Shown: positions 23,881 through 35,000 of the stretch, one piece after another | How the letters are laid out: each line of letters starts with the position of its first letter | How positions within the stretch are numbered: the first letter of the stretch is position 1 | Notes under the pieces: model-generated | Told to the model about the DNA's origin: nothing | Databases searched by the model: none | What the model saw: the letters and a program-made list of their open reading frames with translations, nothing else | Source of the DNA: Chrysemys picta bellii | Lineage: Eukaryota | Assembly (NCBI RefSeq): GCF_011386835.1 | Contig: NC_088815.1 | Location: forward strand, 12,338,001 to 12,402,000 | DNA length: 64,000 nucleotides | Direction: 5' to 3' | Translations under genes and position numbers: made by a program

Positions 23881-25114
23881 GCTGCAACCAACCGGCCCCT
23901 ACAGTCCGTTTGCCAGGACACCAGGTTTAAGGGCTGCACAAAGGGACTCTGAAGGCCCATGCAGGTAAACTCTCACCTGCTCCATGTAGAAACGCTGCTT
24001 CCAGCCTCCTGTCTCCAATGTGAGATTACCTCGCTTATGATTCCGCTCCCCCGTATTACATCGGGGTCCCCATGCTAGGTAGGGAGCCCTGTCTTAAAGG
24101 GACAGGATAATGTTAAAAATCAGATTTAAAAACAATCCCAAAACAGTGTTTTTTTTATTTCCTTGTGCTCCCCTGTCTGCATGCACTGGTGTCTCTTTTT
24201 TATACTTGGATTGGAAGCTCTGGGGGGCAGGGACCATCTCTTTGTTCTGTGTTTGTACAGCGCCTAGCGCAATGAGATCCTGGGCCATGACTGGGGCTGC
24301 TAGGTGTAATTCAATACGACTTATGTTAGGACAGGATGTTAGATTCTTCAGCCTTAACTATATTTCACAATCTGATTTGCTTTCCCCTATTGCTGTGGTT
24401 TGTTTACTTTCTGCATTTCACTTAGGGCATCCTAAAGCCAGGCTAGTCAGTTTCACGTTTGTTTTGAGGCAGTTTCACTTTCTGGTTCACCTGCACTAGC
24501 GCTAGGTGATTGACCCAGGCCAGGCCACTTTCTCCTAGCTTCTGCCAGCTAGTGCTCCAGAATCCGGGCCTTTATTCAAATAAAAATAACACATCCCTAG
24601 GCCTTATGGTTACAGAGAAAACTCTTCAACATGAGAACTGAGGTAGTGATGTCCCCCGAATCCTAAGAGAAGGGTGTCCTACCCCATGCCATCCCAAGGG
24701 GCGTTAGCCCTGAAATCTGACAAGGAGCATTTCCAGGGCAAGGCTGTGAACTATTTCACAACTGATCAATGCCAAACAGAGGGCAGAGCACACTCTGAAG
24801 ATCTACACGCCTTTCTGAAAGGCTGCGTCCTGTGAAAGCACCATCCCCTGTCTGCTCCCCAAAGCTGCAGCGGGTCTCGCTGCAGGGCATAGATGTGTGT
24901 GTCCATGCGCCTGTGGGCTTTGATCTAACACAACTTTGCTTTACTAACCAAACCAAACTTAGCAACATTTCTATCGGCCTTAGAGCTGCAAAACCTCTTC
25001 TTCTTTTTTTGCAGTCTTTTTTTTTTTTTTTTTTTTTAATTCTGCCCTAGCTGAACTGACTGTCCCTTTAAAGCTAAGTTATGATGAGAAACTGGGAAAC
25101 TGAAAGTGCTGTAA

Positions 25115-25392
25115 CAGTGGTTCTCATCGCTTGCAGCCCACAGCTGCTGCCTCTGTGACATCCTCAGGGCCATACAAGTAGTAAATATATAATATAGTGC
25201 AGGGGTTCTCAAACTGGGGGTTGGGAGGTTATTACATGGGGGGGGGGTCACAAGCTGTCAGCCTCCACCCCAAACCCTGCTTTGCCTCCAGCATTTGTAA
25301 TGGTGTTAAACATATACAAAAGTGTTTTTCATTTATTGGGGGGGGGGGTGCGCTCAGGGGCTTGCACCAGCACAAACGTTTGAGAACCACTG
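25115..25392. mobile_element. Nested hAT MITEs
   Basis: 25115-25199 is a truncated copy of the 31918 family (shared gtgacatcctcagggccataca). 25200-25392 is a second element with TIRs caggggttctcaaac/gtttgagaaccactg and a degenerate TSD atatagtg/atccagtg. Confidence 0.75.
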
Positions 25393-25399
25393 ATCCAGT

Positions 25400-25482
25400 G
25401 TGTGGACAACAAGGAGTCTGGTGGCACCTTAAAGACTAACAGATTTATTTGGGCATAAGCTTTCGTGAGTAAAAACCTCACG
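25400..25482 (-). mobile_element. Penelope-like element terminal fragment with partial hammerhead
   Basis: Minus strand GTGAG-gttttta-CTCAC-GAAAGCTTATGCCCAAATAAATCTGTTAGTCTTTAAGGTGCCACCAGACTCC, the abundant turtle PLE end motif (recalled). Confidence 0.7.
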
Positions 25483-27502
25483 TGTGTGGACGCTGCCTAT
25501 GCGGCTCAGAATGGCAAATGAATTGAAAACCGCTGGCTATCGGAGGGGCCTGTTTTAAGACCCTGGGCCAGGAGATCTGTGGTCAGCTCCTACCTCTGCC
25601 GCTCTGTCCCTGTGAGACACCGGGCAAGGCACGTCCTCTCTCCGTGCCTCAGTTTCCCATGAGTACGAGGATGGGATCCTCCTTCATCTTTGTTCAGCTG
25701 ATACACTTTTCAGGGCTAACCCTCTCCGCTAGGTGGACGTACAGCGCCTAGCACCCCGGGGCCGGGTGTGTGGAGCAATCAGGAGCGTTCTGAGCTGGCC
25801 TTTACTGGAAGGCGGAATGGGGAACCACAAGGCAGAGGCTGCAGAAGTCGGGCGGGTTGTGAAAGAGTTACTGAAAATGGGCCGGCGCGGGGCAGGTGTG
25901 AGAGTTGCGTCACCTCCAATCTCCCTGCTGACTCGGCATGGCTGATCCTTCTCTCTCAGGCTCCACCCCGGCTAATGGTGCGGGGGGGGGGGGGGGGATA
26001 AAACTTCTCTAGCGCCTCCCAAACATTAAAGAATAAGGCTGCCCTCGCTCGGAGCCGCTTCACAAGCCCGAGAGCCAGGCTGGGAAGGGAGCTGGATTTC
26101 CCCCTTGTTGTGCGCGCTCTGGACTAGCCCGGGATTTACCTGCTTGGGGGACGATTGGAGCCGGATTGGATCACGTGCTTACCGGGATATAGTTTCTTTT
26201 TGGGGGGGCCCCGAGCCGTTCCGGCTGCGCAGGGTGAAGGAGGCGAAGGGGAAGGATTCGCTGGACCTGGTAAGTCATTTCGTGCTGTTCCCGGGCGGGG
26301 GGTTTAACTCCTCTCAAGCCAGCGACTGAGAGCGCCCGGAGGAACCCGGCTGGGCCCCCCACGAGATTCCTGCTTGTTTGGCTTCGGGCCTTAAAGACAA
26401 CTCCCAAATCCATCTTTTAAACGAGGGGTTCGGTGTCTTTTAAGGAAGAGGGGCGGGCTGTCGGGGAGAGAGTCCCTGGCTCCGATTCTGATCTCGCTAC
26501 CGATGTAGAGCTTTCGGAGCGGCTCCTGGTTCACACCACAGTCTGATCAGCACCGTGGCAAACTAAACTGAGAGTAAAGGGTCCCCTGTAGTCACCCCTT
26601 TCCGGGGAAACCTTCCAGGAGTCCCACAGCGGCCAGATCCCATTTTTAAGCGTCTCTCAGGGGGCTCCCTCCGAAAAACTTTCTTTCTGACTTCAATGAA
26701 ACTCGAGGCAGCCCGAGTCGATTGGACTTGTTTTTCATTGGCAGTTCTGCTTGAATCGAACAAGGCAGATGTCACTGACAGACTTGGCAGGATTGGGGGT
26801 TTTTGGTTTTTAAACTTTCCTGAGAGAGACCTGAGAGCGTTTTTAGGTGGCTTTAATCTACAGTTTCAAATCTAATGCCTGGGGGAGAATGGGAGACACC
26901 CAGGCATAGCTGGATGGAAGAAAGAGATCCGAGTTGTCACGAGGGAGTGACTGTAGCGCTCCTTATTTTGAGCAGAAATCAATCATTTGATTTCACCTTC
27001 CCAGGCGAGGGCAGGAGTTAAGGCGACTTATTTCAGGCCGGATGTTCCAAGGGTTCAGCCCCCACCCGGGGGAGGGAGGCGGGTTTCCAGGCAATTCAAC
27101 TCCCTGGTGCGTGATCCTTTATGACCCCATTGTTCAGAAGAACCCAGCCTGCTGCCCTCAGGTGCCAGAAAGGGCCGAGCCCTCGCCTACGCCTGCTCCT
27201 CGGCCCTACACCCAGATCGGGTTGGTTAACTAACCTGCCCCTTGCTCGCCGGGCCGTTTACACACAAGATCGAATAGGGTTGGGGCGATGTTTGTGCCAA
27301 CGCCCGTCTTAACCGCCAAAGGAGCAGCTGGCCAGGTATCTTTGTATGTAGGTAGGGGGGGGGTGGTGTTTTAAGTGGTTCTTCCGTTCCCATCTGCACA
27401 GAGGACACGCTGTTCCTACAGCGCTGACGGTCTCTGTGGGGTTGGTTCCCACACTCCAGGCAAGGCTCCCCGATTCTAACCTGCCCGCCGGGCTTTCCGT
27501 GC

Positions 27503-27516
27503 CCAGCAGGGGGCGC
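27503..27516 (+). promoter_or_regulatory. CTCF core motif CCAGCAGGGGGCGC
   Basis: Exact match to CCASYAGRKGGCRS consensus inside the CpG island; binding not shown. Confidence 0.55.
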
Positions 27517-28200
27517 CCTTGCTTTGCGGATTCATTCGGCACCGTCTCCGGCTGCTGGGTTCATAACCCCCGCGTATAACACCGAGCAATTCTGCACCGC
27601 CAGTACGCGCTTTGACCTCCGGCTTTGGGGGGGCAAATCTAACCCGGCCCTTGTCCCCAGCAAACCTTGAAGTTGCCTGGAACCGGAATTTGCCCAAGGA
27701 GGATTGCATCCGAGTCTGGGCTTTGCTCAGTCCTCATCCGCATGTTGTAATAGTTGGATATTTCCCCATAGACCCCCCCCCCTCCCCCGCTCCTGCCAGT
27801 CAGTATGTGTGTGGGGGGAATGTCTGTCTGTCTCCACTTGCTGTTCGCTCCGTGACCTCCGCGCACTCCGGATGAGGCGAAAGCCGTTGCCAAGCGCTTC
27901 CACTGGTCCCAGCTCCTCGCAGACCTCGAGGGTCTAGAACCGGCCTGGGAGGGAGCACCCCGGCCGGCCATTGTTTGGAAGAAGCGACATCCTTGGCGTG
28001 TTCTGGAGCGACCACCTTCCTCCAGTTTATCCCCGGGGGGGGAGGGGGGGCGCTAGGCAAAGGATTTCCTTCCATCTTAAGAAATGTAAATACCCTCCCC
28101 GCTCCTTAGAACAATGGCTTTGCGGCGCAGGCTCGGGTCATTCATGGCCTTTCCCGTGCGCGGCTTGCGGGCAGCAGCAGAAACAAGGAAGAAGCTGCAA

Positions 28201-28202
<2 letters not shown>

Positions 28203-28242
<40 letters not shown>
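28203..28242. repeat. (GT)n microsatellite, ~20 units
   Basis: Direct reading. Confidence 0.95.
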
Positions 28243-28243
<1 letters not shown>

Positions 28244-29069
28244 GTCCCACGCCGGGACGGAGACCAGCCCCCAGACCTGGCCGCTGAGCACGCGTGTAAA
28301 TCTCCCCTCACCCTCCTTTCCCCAAACCCAGGGAGCAGCTGAGCGGAGGTTTTTCTGCGCAGCCCTTTGTTGTGAGGCTAATATATTATGAATGGCTTAA
28401 AAAAAAGAGCGGGGGGGGGGGCTGGCTTTGCAAGTGTGTGGGTGGGGAGGAATCTAGCCAGGCACCAGGCAACCCTCCTGTGTCCAGTGGGTCAGGATCT
28501 GCTGGGCAAAGGCGTAGGGGGGAAAGTGGGGTGGCTGGGGGGAGGGGGGTGGAGGTGGAGCGCTCTGAAAGGGAGGGAGGAGTCAGGCTTCCACGTGGGG
28601 GAGCACCGGGCCGGCCGCGATTGGCCCCGGGTTGCCTGTCTCAACGTTCGGAGAGGCCGGGTTGGCTGGCGGCTGCGCGAAAGGAGTAAGAAGTGAATGA
28701 GGGGGGAAATTAGCTCCGCCCCCCCATAGAACGTTGATACATTATAACTTTTTGTGTGTGTGTGGGTACCGTGTGTGTGTTACTTTCACACCGCGACACC
28801 GGCGCAGCTCGGAGCGGCGGCTGCCGGGTAGCCGGGTTCAGCCCCAAGGGGGTGGGGAATCAGGAACGAAAAAGCTTTTTTTCCACCCCCACTTCTCCCT
28901 CTGCAGCCCCCCAGCACGGAGGCAGCACCCCCCCTTCTCTCTCACACACACACACACACACGCGAGCAGCATCTCCCGACGAGATCCGCGTCCTCAGGAG
29001 GCATCCGGGGAAGGGAAATCCCCGATGCGAGAGTGACTTGTGGGGTTTTATTCTTACTATTTTTTTTAG

Positions 29070-29252
29070 GGAGGTTAAATCGGGGCAAACTCCCTTGTTC
29101 TTCAGGGAGAGCTGGTCCCCTCCCCTCCCCCACCAAGTCCCCTTTAAAACCCCGCGCGAGGAAGACCTGGAAGGACCCCACGGATCCGGAGTGACCCTTG
29201 GATATTAAACCGGAGCGAGGGAGGACTCGGGAAGGCGATCCCACCCCGGCTG

Positions 29253-29285
<33 letters not shown>

Positions 29286-29414
29286 GCCGAACCGGGCGCT
29301 CTGGTCGCTCCTTTGTTCCCTTCCACTTCCTTTTTTTTGTCCACCCCCCCCCCACCTTGGTTCCCCCCGTGCCACACCAACCGCTGCTCCCTGCCCGCCC
29401 CCCCAGGTCACCGA
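29070..29414 (+). other. MIDN: Probable 5'UTR portion of the first coding exon of MIDN
   Basis: Strong acceptor ttcttactattttttttag at 29068-69; no ATG between it and 29415. A second acceptor (ccccccag) at 29405-06 is an alternative. Confidence 0.55.
29233..29265. repeat. (GT)n(GC)n microsatellite upstream of the MIDN ATG
   Basis: Direct reading; alternating purine-pyrimidine tract. Confidence 0.95.
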
Positions 29415-29632
29415 ATGGACCAGCAGCCCAGCGCCAGGAGCTGCAGCCGGGGTGCCCCAGCCTGCGAGGCCGTCCCGAACGAGCCCTCCATGAATCTGTA
29501 CATCAACACCACCACCGGGACCCGTTATGAGCTCTCAGTCCCCGTGGAAGAGACGGTGGAAGGACTGAAGCGGAGACTGTCCCAGAGGCTCAAAGTGCCC
29601 AAGGAGAGGCTGGCTCTCTTGCATAAAGAAAG
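29415..29632 (+). CDS. MIDN: MIDN first coding exon (CDS part), N-terminal Ubl domain
   Basis: ATG at 29415, MDQQPSARSC...LALLHKE; donor AG|GTAGGT at 29633, phase 2. Confidence 0.97.
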
Positions 29633-31189
29633 GTAGGTCTAGCACCCCCTCCCCCCATAAACTACCCCAGGAGGGACCCAACTCAGGGGCTCACCAATCT
29701 GTGGGGCGGGGGGGCGAGCAAGGATCTCTCCCCCAGCCCCTTGGCGCTTTGGTTTCTTTCAAGTGGCTAGTAGAGGGGTTTAATTCTTCGCCTCTATTGC
29801 AAAGCAACGGCTCCCGGGGGCCCCTGTGTGTGTGTGTGGCCCCATTTCTCAACCTCCTGCACCAGGCGGGATGGGTCCCAGTCTCTCCCCACCAGTCGGC
29901 TCCCCTAGCTGGGCTGAGCCGAGCCGGGGTCCCGGGGAAGCTGCTGGGATCTGGACCTAAAATGGAGCCTCTCCGTAGGCTTTGATCCCACAAAAGTTTC
30001 CCCTGGCTTTGTGTGTGCGCGGGGCCCCATCCTGCCTGCACCCCGCTGGGGCGCCGTGTTGCACTGAGTCACTAGGAAGTGCGCGGCGCGGTGCCCTTTG
30101 TTCTAAAGGTTGAACCGAGGTGGGATTCAGAGGCGGCTTTTTCCCGGCACGACGCTCCCCCCCCCCCCGCCCCCTTTTCCAAAACCCAAATGCAGGCGAG
30201 GACGGCGGGGGGAGGGGGGGCTCTTTGAGAGTTGAATTCTGGCGTGGCAGGGCTGGGAGGTGGGATAGTCCTTTGTTTAGCAGGAGCCAGGTTTGTGGCA
30301 GATCCGAGACTGGTCAAGGCTTAAGGTGCAGAAAGGGGGGGGGGCTTTCTGTGGGATACTCTTCCCGCACCCCTTCCCTTCTAGCCCCCCCCAACAGTAG
30401 CCAAAATAGAGAAAGGAACCTCCGAGACTAAGATGAAGGAGCTTTTGCTCTTGATTGGTTCCCCTCCTTGTGCAGCGGGTTTGAGTGAATGAAGCACCCT
30501 GGCAGGGTGTCTAATTGAGGGGGGTGGCTGTGTGTGTGTGTGTGTGGGGGGGAAGAGATCCTTTACATCTATGATTACAGTGCTTGGAGGGGAAAAAAGG
30601 GGGGCGGGTGTCCACACCCCCACTCCCACGCTACCCTCCTCCCCAAACTGGTCAAAATTTCCTCCTCTCTCTGCCCCCCACCCCCAGTCATCTGAATCCT
30701 GCCTGTCCTATGGGGGGAGGTTTTGTTAGACACACAAGCTAGTGCCTCCTCTTGTGTCCCAATCTGCTGCACACACACTGCCCGGGTTAGTGGCAATGGC
30801 TGCTTGACTGATGACTGCAGTATGGTTCCCTGCCTCCTGCCCCTCGGATAGGATGTTTACATAATAAACTGGAGGGGGAGCGAGAGGGACACCATTGTGC
30901 ATTGAGGGGGAAGGGGCTGGAATGAGATTCAGAGGGTAAACTGGGGGGAGGCATTGTGCTAAATGTAAATTAACCCCCCACTGCCGATCCTGCAGCCCCC
31001 TGGCCTGAGAGCCAGTTCAGAGTCAGGGGAGCCATGAGGGAGCTCGGGAGGGTACCTAGGTTGGGTCCTAAAGCAAACCAGGCCCCCTTCCTTTAACCGT
31101 CCCTTTATTGCTGGATGTGCACGTTACTGATTTAATACCAGGGAGCTCTGACGTCCTTCTCTCTGTCCATGTCTTTTTCCCTTCTGCAG

Positions 31190-31277
31190 TCGGCTCAGTT
31201 CTGGAAAGCTGCAGGATTTGGGGGTCGTGGAAGGAAGCAAACTGACGCTTGTCCCCACAGTGGAAGCTGGCTTGATG
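31190..31277 (+). CDS. MIDN: MIDN coding exon 2 (88 nt), end of Ubl domain
   Basis: Acceptor cccttctgcag|T completes AGT (Ser); RLSSGKLQDLGVVEGSKLTLVPTVEAGLM; donor ATG|GTAAAT. Confidence 0.97.
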
Positions 31278-31564
31278 GTAAATGGCTTTTTATTATTCCC
31301 CCCCCCCGCCCCCAACACGCACACTCTGCTCATCTATTATTAAAGGGCTAGAATGTGATCTCGCTCAGCAGAACGGATGCCACTTCCTCCAACACAACCC
31401 TTTGGGGGGGGGGGGGGGAAGGTTGGCGCTGGGAACGGCAGCAAGTTTAATATTTCATTGGTTGCTCTGTAGCTCGGTGTATAAATAGTGAAAGTGACAT
31501 GCAATCCACCCACCCACCCCCCAGCCACACGCGCACACACCCCCTTTTTTATTTTTTCTTTCAG

Positions 31565-31627
31565 TCTCAGGCATCCAGACCAGAACAGTCAGTGATGCAG
31601 GCTCTGGAAAGCTTAACTGAAACTCAG
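31565..31627 (+). CDS. MIDN: MIDN coding exon 3 (63 nt), start of Catch1
   Basis: Acceptor ttttttctttcag; SQASRPEQSVMQALESLTETQ; donor CAG|GTGAGA. Confidence 0.97.
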
Positions 31628-31917
31628 GTGAGAAGCAGAAATATTGATGCATTGACCTGGACAAAGATTTCTCTGCAGGGGGCTTGTATCTGACCCCCCC
31701 CCCCCTTCCCCGCCCCCACAGCTTCCTGTATGCGCTGAAGGCTAGAGATCTCAGCAAAAGAGAAACCTAGAGGCCTGTGTCTGTGGTGAAGGGATTTGAT
31801 GATCATTTGTTACTGTACTGCCTAAAGGCCTTGACCCAAATCAGGGCCCCGCTGTGCCAGACACTGCACACACGCCTAGGGAGAGACGGTCCGTGCCCTG
31901 AAGAGTTCAGTCTAAAT

Positions 31918-32078
31918 CAGTGGTTTTCAACCTGCAGTCCAATCAGCACACCGCTGCGGCCCACGTGACATCCTCAGGGCCATACAGGTCATATCTATAT
32001 ATTGTCTGGATGTGGCCCACATACCACACACAGAGAGCCACATGTGCGGCCCACAATGGTAGAGGTTGAGAACCACTG
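31918..32078. mobile_element. hAT (Charlie-like) MITE, 161 bp, in MIDN intron
   Basis: TIRs CAGTGGTT(T/C)TCAACC; perfect 8-bp TSD GTCTAAAT at 31910-31917 and 32079-32086. Confidence 0.92.
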
Positions 32079-35000
32079 GTCTAAATAGAGTGGGAGGGGA
32101 AACTGAGGCAAAGGATGACGAAGGGTCTAGGCCAAGGTCAGTGCTGCCTCTGCCAAGGTCCTGACCTCAAGGTGTGCTGCAGGGTCCCCATTCTCGACAC
32201 AGCGGGTGTATTTGGGGACTGATTTCCCCATTTCCCCCAATTTAAAGACAAAAGCAGGATTCCTACCCTAACAGTTGCTTTTATTGCTTGAGGGAATATT
32301 GTGTCTGCAGAATCAGGCGGGGGGAGGGGCCTTGTGTGTATATGCGGATCCTACCAGGACACAGCTTTGTGTTGGAGGCTTGCACCTTCAGATCACAAGG
32401 GGGTGGGGGCTCTTCTCCCAGGGCCTGAGCCGCCCTTCAGGAAAACCAGACGCAGCAGCTTTCGAATGTCTGCACTATGGTCTTGAGCTTATGGTTGGGG
32501 AGGGGGCAGGGGGTGGCGCTGGGTTAGGATAACTGTGAAGTTACTTGACGGCTGGCTGCCTGCGCTCCCAAAGATGAGAGGTTGCTAATCAGACAAAGGG
32601 GGGGAGGGTTTTTTTTTTTTCTTTTTCTTTCTCTACCCATGGCTTGGGCTTCAAGGAAACCCTCCCATTGCTGGGTGACCCTCTGATGTGTGTCTGAGGG
32701 GAGGTGGGGAGGGAAGGAAACAGCAAACTGCAGCTGGGTGTGGAATTCACCTCTTCACCTCCCTCTGGCTTTAAAGTTGAGCGGGTTCCTGCTTCTTTGT
32801 TTTTGGTCTTAAAAATTCTCTCTCCTTCCTCCCCGGCGAGCCCTTGAGTTTATTTTTAAAAGACTTTTAAAGTCCCTGGATTAATTCTGAGCCACCAGCG
32901 CAGTGCTGGGGGCCACTTCCCATCCCCCAAGCGCTGGGCAAACACCTGCGAATGCCCAGCCCTGCTTGGTACCTTTTAACTGCTCTCCTCTGGAGCTGAG
33001 TGGGTGGGGAAAACATGGGAGGCTGGCTGCAGCGCTTCCTTGCAGACCTGCGTGCCAGGACTCTGCCGCTGTGGGGCTAGTGCTTTTCTAGGACAGGGCA
33101 CCTGGAAGGGTGGCATTGCCACCAGGCCCCTCCGCGCACCGTGCAGTGTGGGTCTCCCCAAAGTCACCTTGCAACCTGGATGCACTTGGCCCTCCTGCAG
33201 ATGACCTTGACTCTGTACGGCCCATCTAACGCGCTGCTTGCTGAGCTGCTGCAAAGCCAACTGGGTGCTTCTGAGGTTGGAGGGTTCCCCCCCCCCCCGG
33301 GGGGGGGCAACAGAGCACCCCATCCCCCTGCGCTCGGACGCGGCTTCCCTGTGAATCTAGCCGGGCTCACAACGGTGAACTGCTGCAGGGATCTGGGTTC
33401 CGGCAAAGGGCCGGAGGCCCGTCTCCTACGTGGCTTTTGGGCATGAGTGCTTTTCTGGGTTGGCGTGGGGCATTGGTGAAATGCTAGCGGCTCAGTGGCA
33501 TGTTCTGGCAGAAGGCGAGCTGGCTTCAGGTCCCAGTTTCTCAGCTTGGTTTGGTGTCTGATCAGTTGAGACCTTCCCCCATCCCTCACCTGCCTCGGGG
33601 ATGGTCTCGGAGTTGTCCCCCTGTCCCTCCTTTCAGGGTGGGGGCCGTGCACACAGGGCGCGAGACGCTCCCTGTGACGAGTTGTTCTGGTTGCAGCCTG
33701 GGTAGGAGCCCTGAGGAATCTCCCTGCACAATGCCCCTCCCAGGCCTAGAAAGAGGCAGAGGGCAGGAATCCTCCGGGGTCGGGCTAAGATTCCTGGCTG
33801 GGGCTTGCTGTCTCATGCCCCGGGAGGGTGGGCAGGGGCAGAGCCAGCAAAGAGGCTGGGGTGGGGTCCTCCTGCATGGTGTGTGCATGCGTTGTCTCAT
33901 CTTGAAAACTTGTATGATGGCCCAGCCAACATGGTAATGGGGGAGTGGTGGCTGCTTTAAGGAAAGGGGCGGGGGTGGGGGGAAAGCTGGCCGACCTGCC
34001 TGGAGCAGGGCTGGCTTTGATTACCATGCTTGTGTCTGCAGGATGGAATCGGTGCATTCCAGGCCTTGCAGCAAAAGGGTTTATTCCTCCTTTGTGGCGT
34101 GTCGGTAGCGGGGCGGGGGGCCAGGGGGTTAGAAGGTTGCTCCTTAGAGGCGCTAAATTGCAGAGGTGTAGGCTCTCCTGGTCAGTCTGTGTCCCATGCG
34201 CCTTGGATGCAAAGTGTAGGTCCCAGTCGAAACTGCCCCCCCCCCCTTCCTCTGTCACTGAAGCTAGAGCCGGAAAAGGCCTCCCATGCCACTAGTCTCT
34301 GTTCCCTACTGCAGTAAAATGAGTGGGAAGCCCAGGCTGGGAAGTGGTGACCCCCGCCCCCCATGGGTTTGTTGACAGGATCTCTGCCTCAGGAAGCCTT
34401 CTCTGAGCACAGAGGAACAGCCAGCACCTGGGGGCTGGGGACAGGAAACCACGCCTCTCATTCATGCTTCTCGCCTTGGTTCTGCCTGTGTAGGGCTCTC
34501 TGATAATAGCAGGGAGATCTGCTGTGCTCTGACTTCCTCTGGGGGGGGTGTGTGTGTGGGTGGGAGAAAACGCCATCTAAGCCTTCCCCTTGGTACCTTA
34601 AGGAAATGACTACCGGGCAGGAGGCGTGGCGCTTACCCCAAGCTGGGGGCCGGGTTCCCGTGGCGTGGCTGATGTCCTAGTAGTTGCTGGTGAACTTCCT
34701 GCCAAAGCTCATTGCCACATTCAAGGGGTCGGATGATGCCCCTTTCCTAGGGGGACTGCCCACCAGCTCAGCAGAGCTGCCGGGCGGTGAAGGGGTATTG
34801 GTCCTTGTCCAGCAGCCTCCGCCATGCATGCAACCTTCCCCACCCTACCCCAGCGTAGCTTAGCCTGCCTGCCGGGACTGGGGAAGAGGGTACTGGTGTC
34901 TCTGGGGCTCTAGGCACCATCCCAGACCCTGCCGGAGCGGGTAGGGATCTGTACTCCCATTGGAAGGCCCCGCAGCCCCTCCCAGCAGCACGGATTCAGG

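Larger units (their letters stand above)
25720..30350. promoter_or_regulatory. CpG island / MIDN promoter region
   Basis: High CpG density around the first coding exon, several CCAAT/ATTGG boxes (25916, 26154, 26165), E-box CACGTG 26172-26177, TTGCGTCA 25905-25912. Boundaries approximate. Confidence 0.8.
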
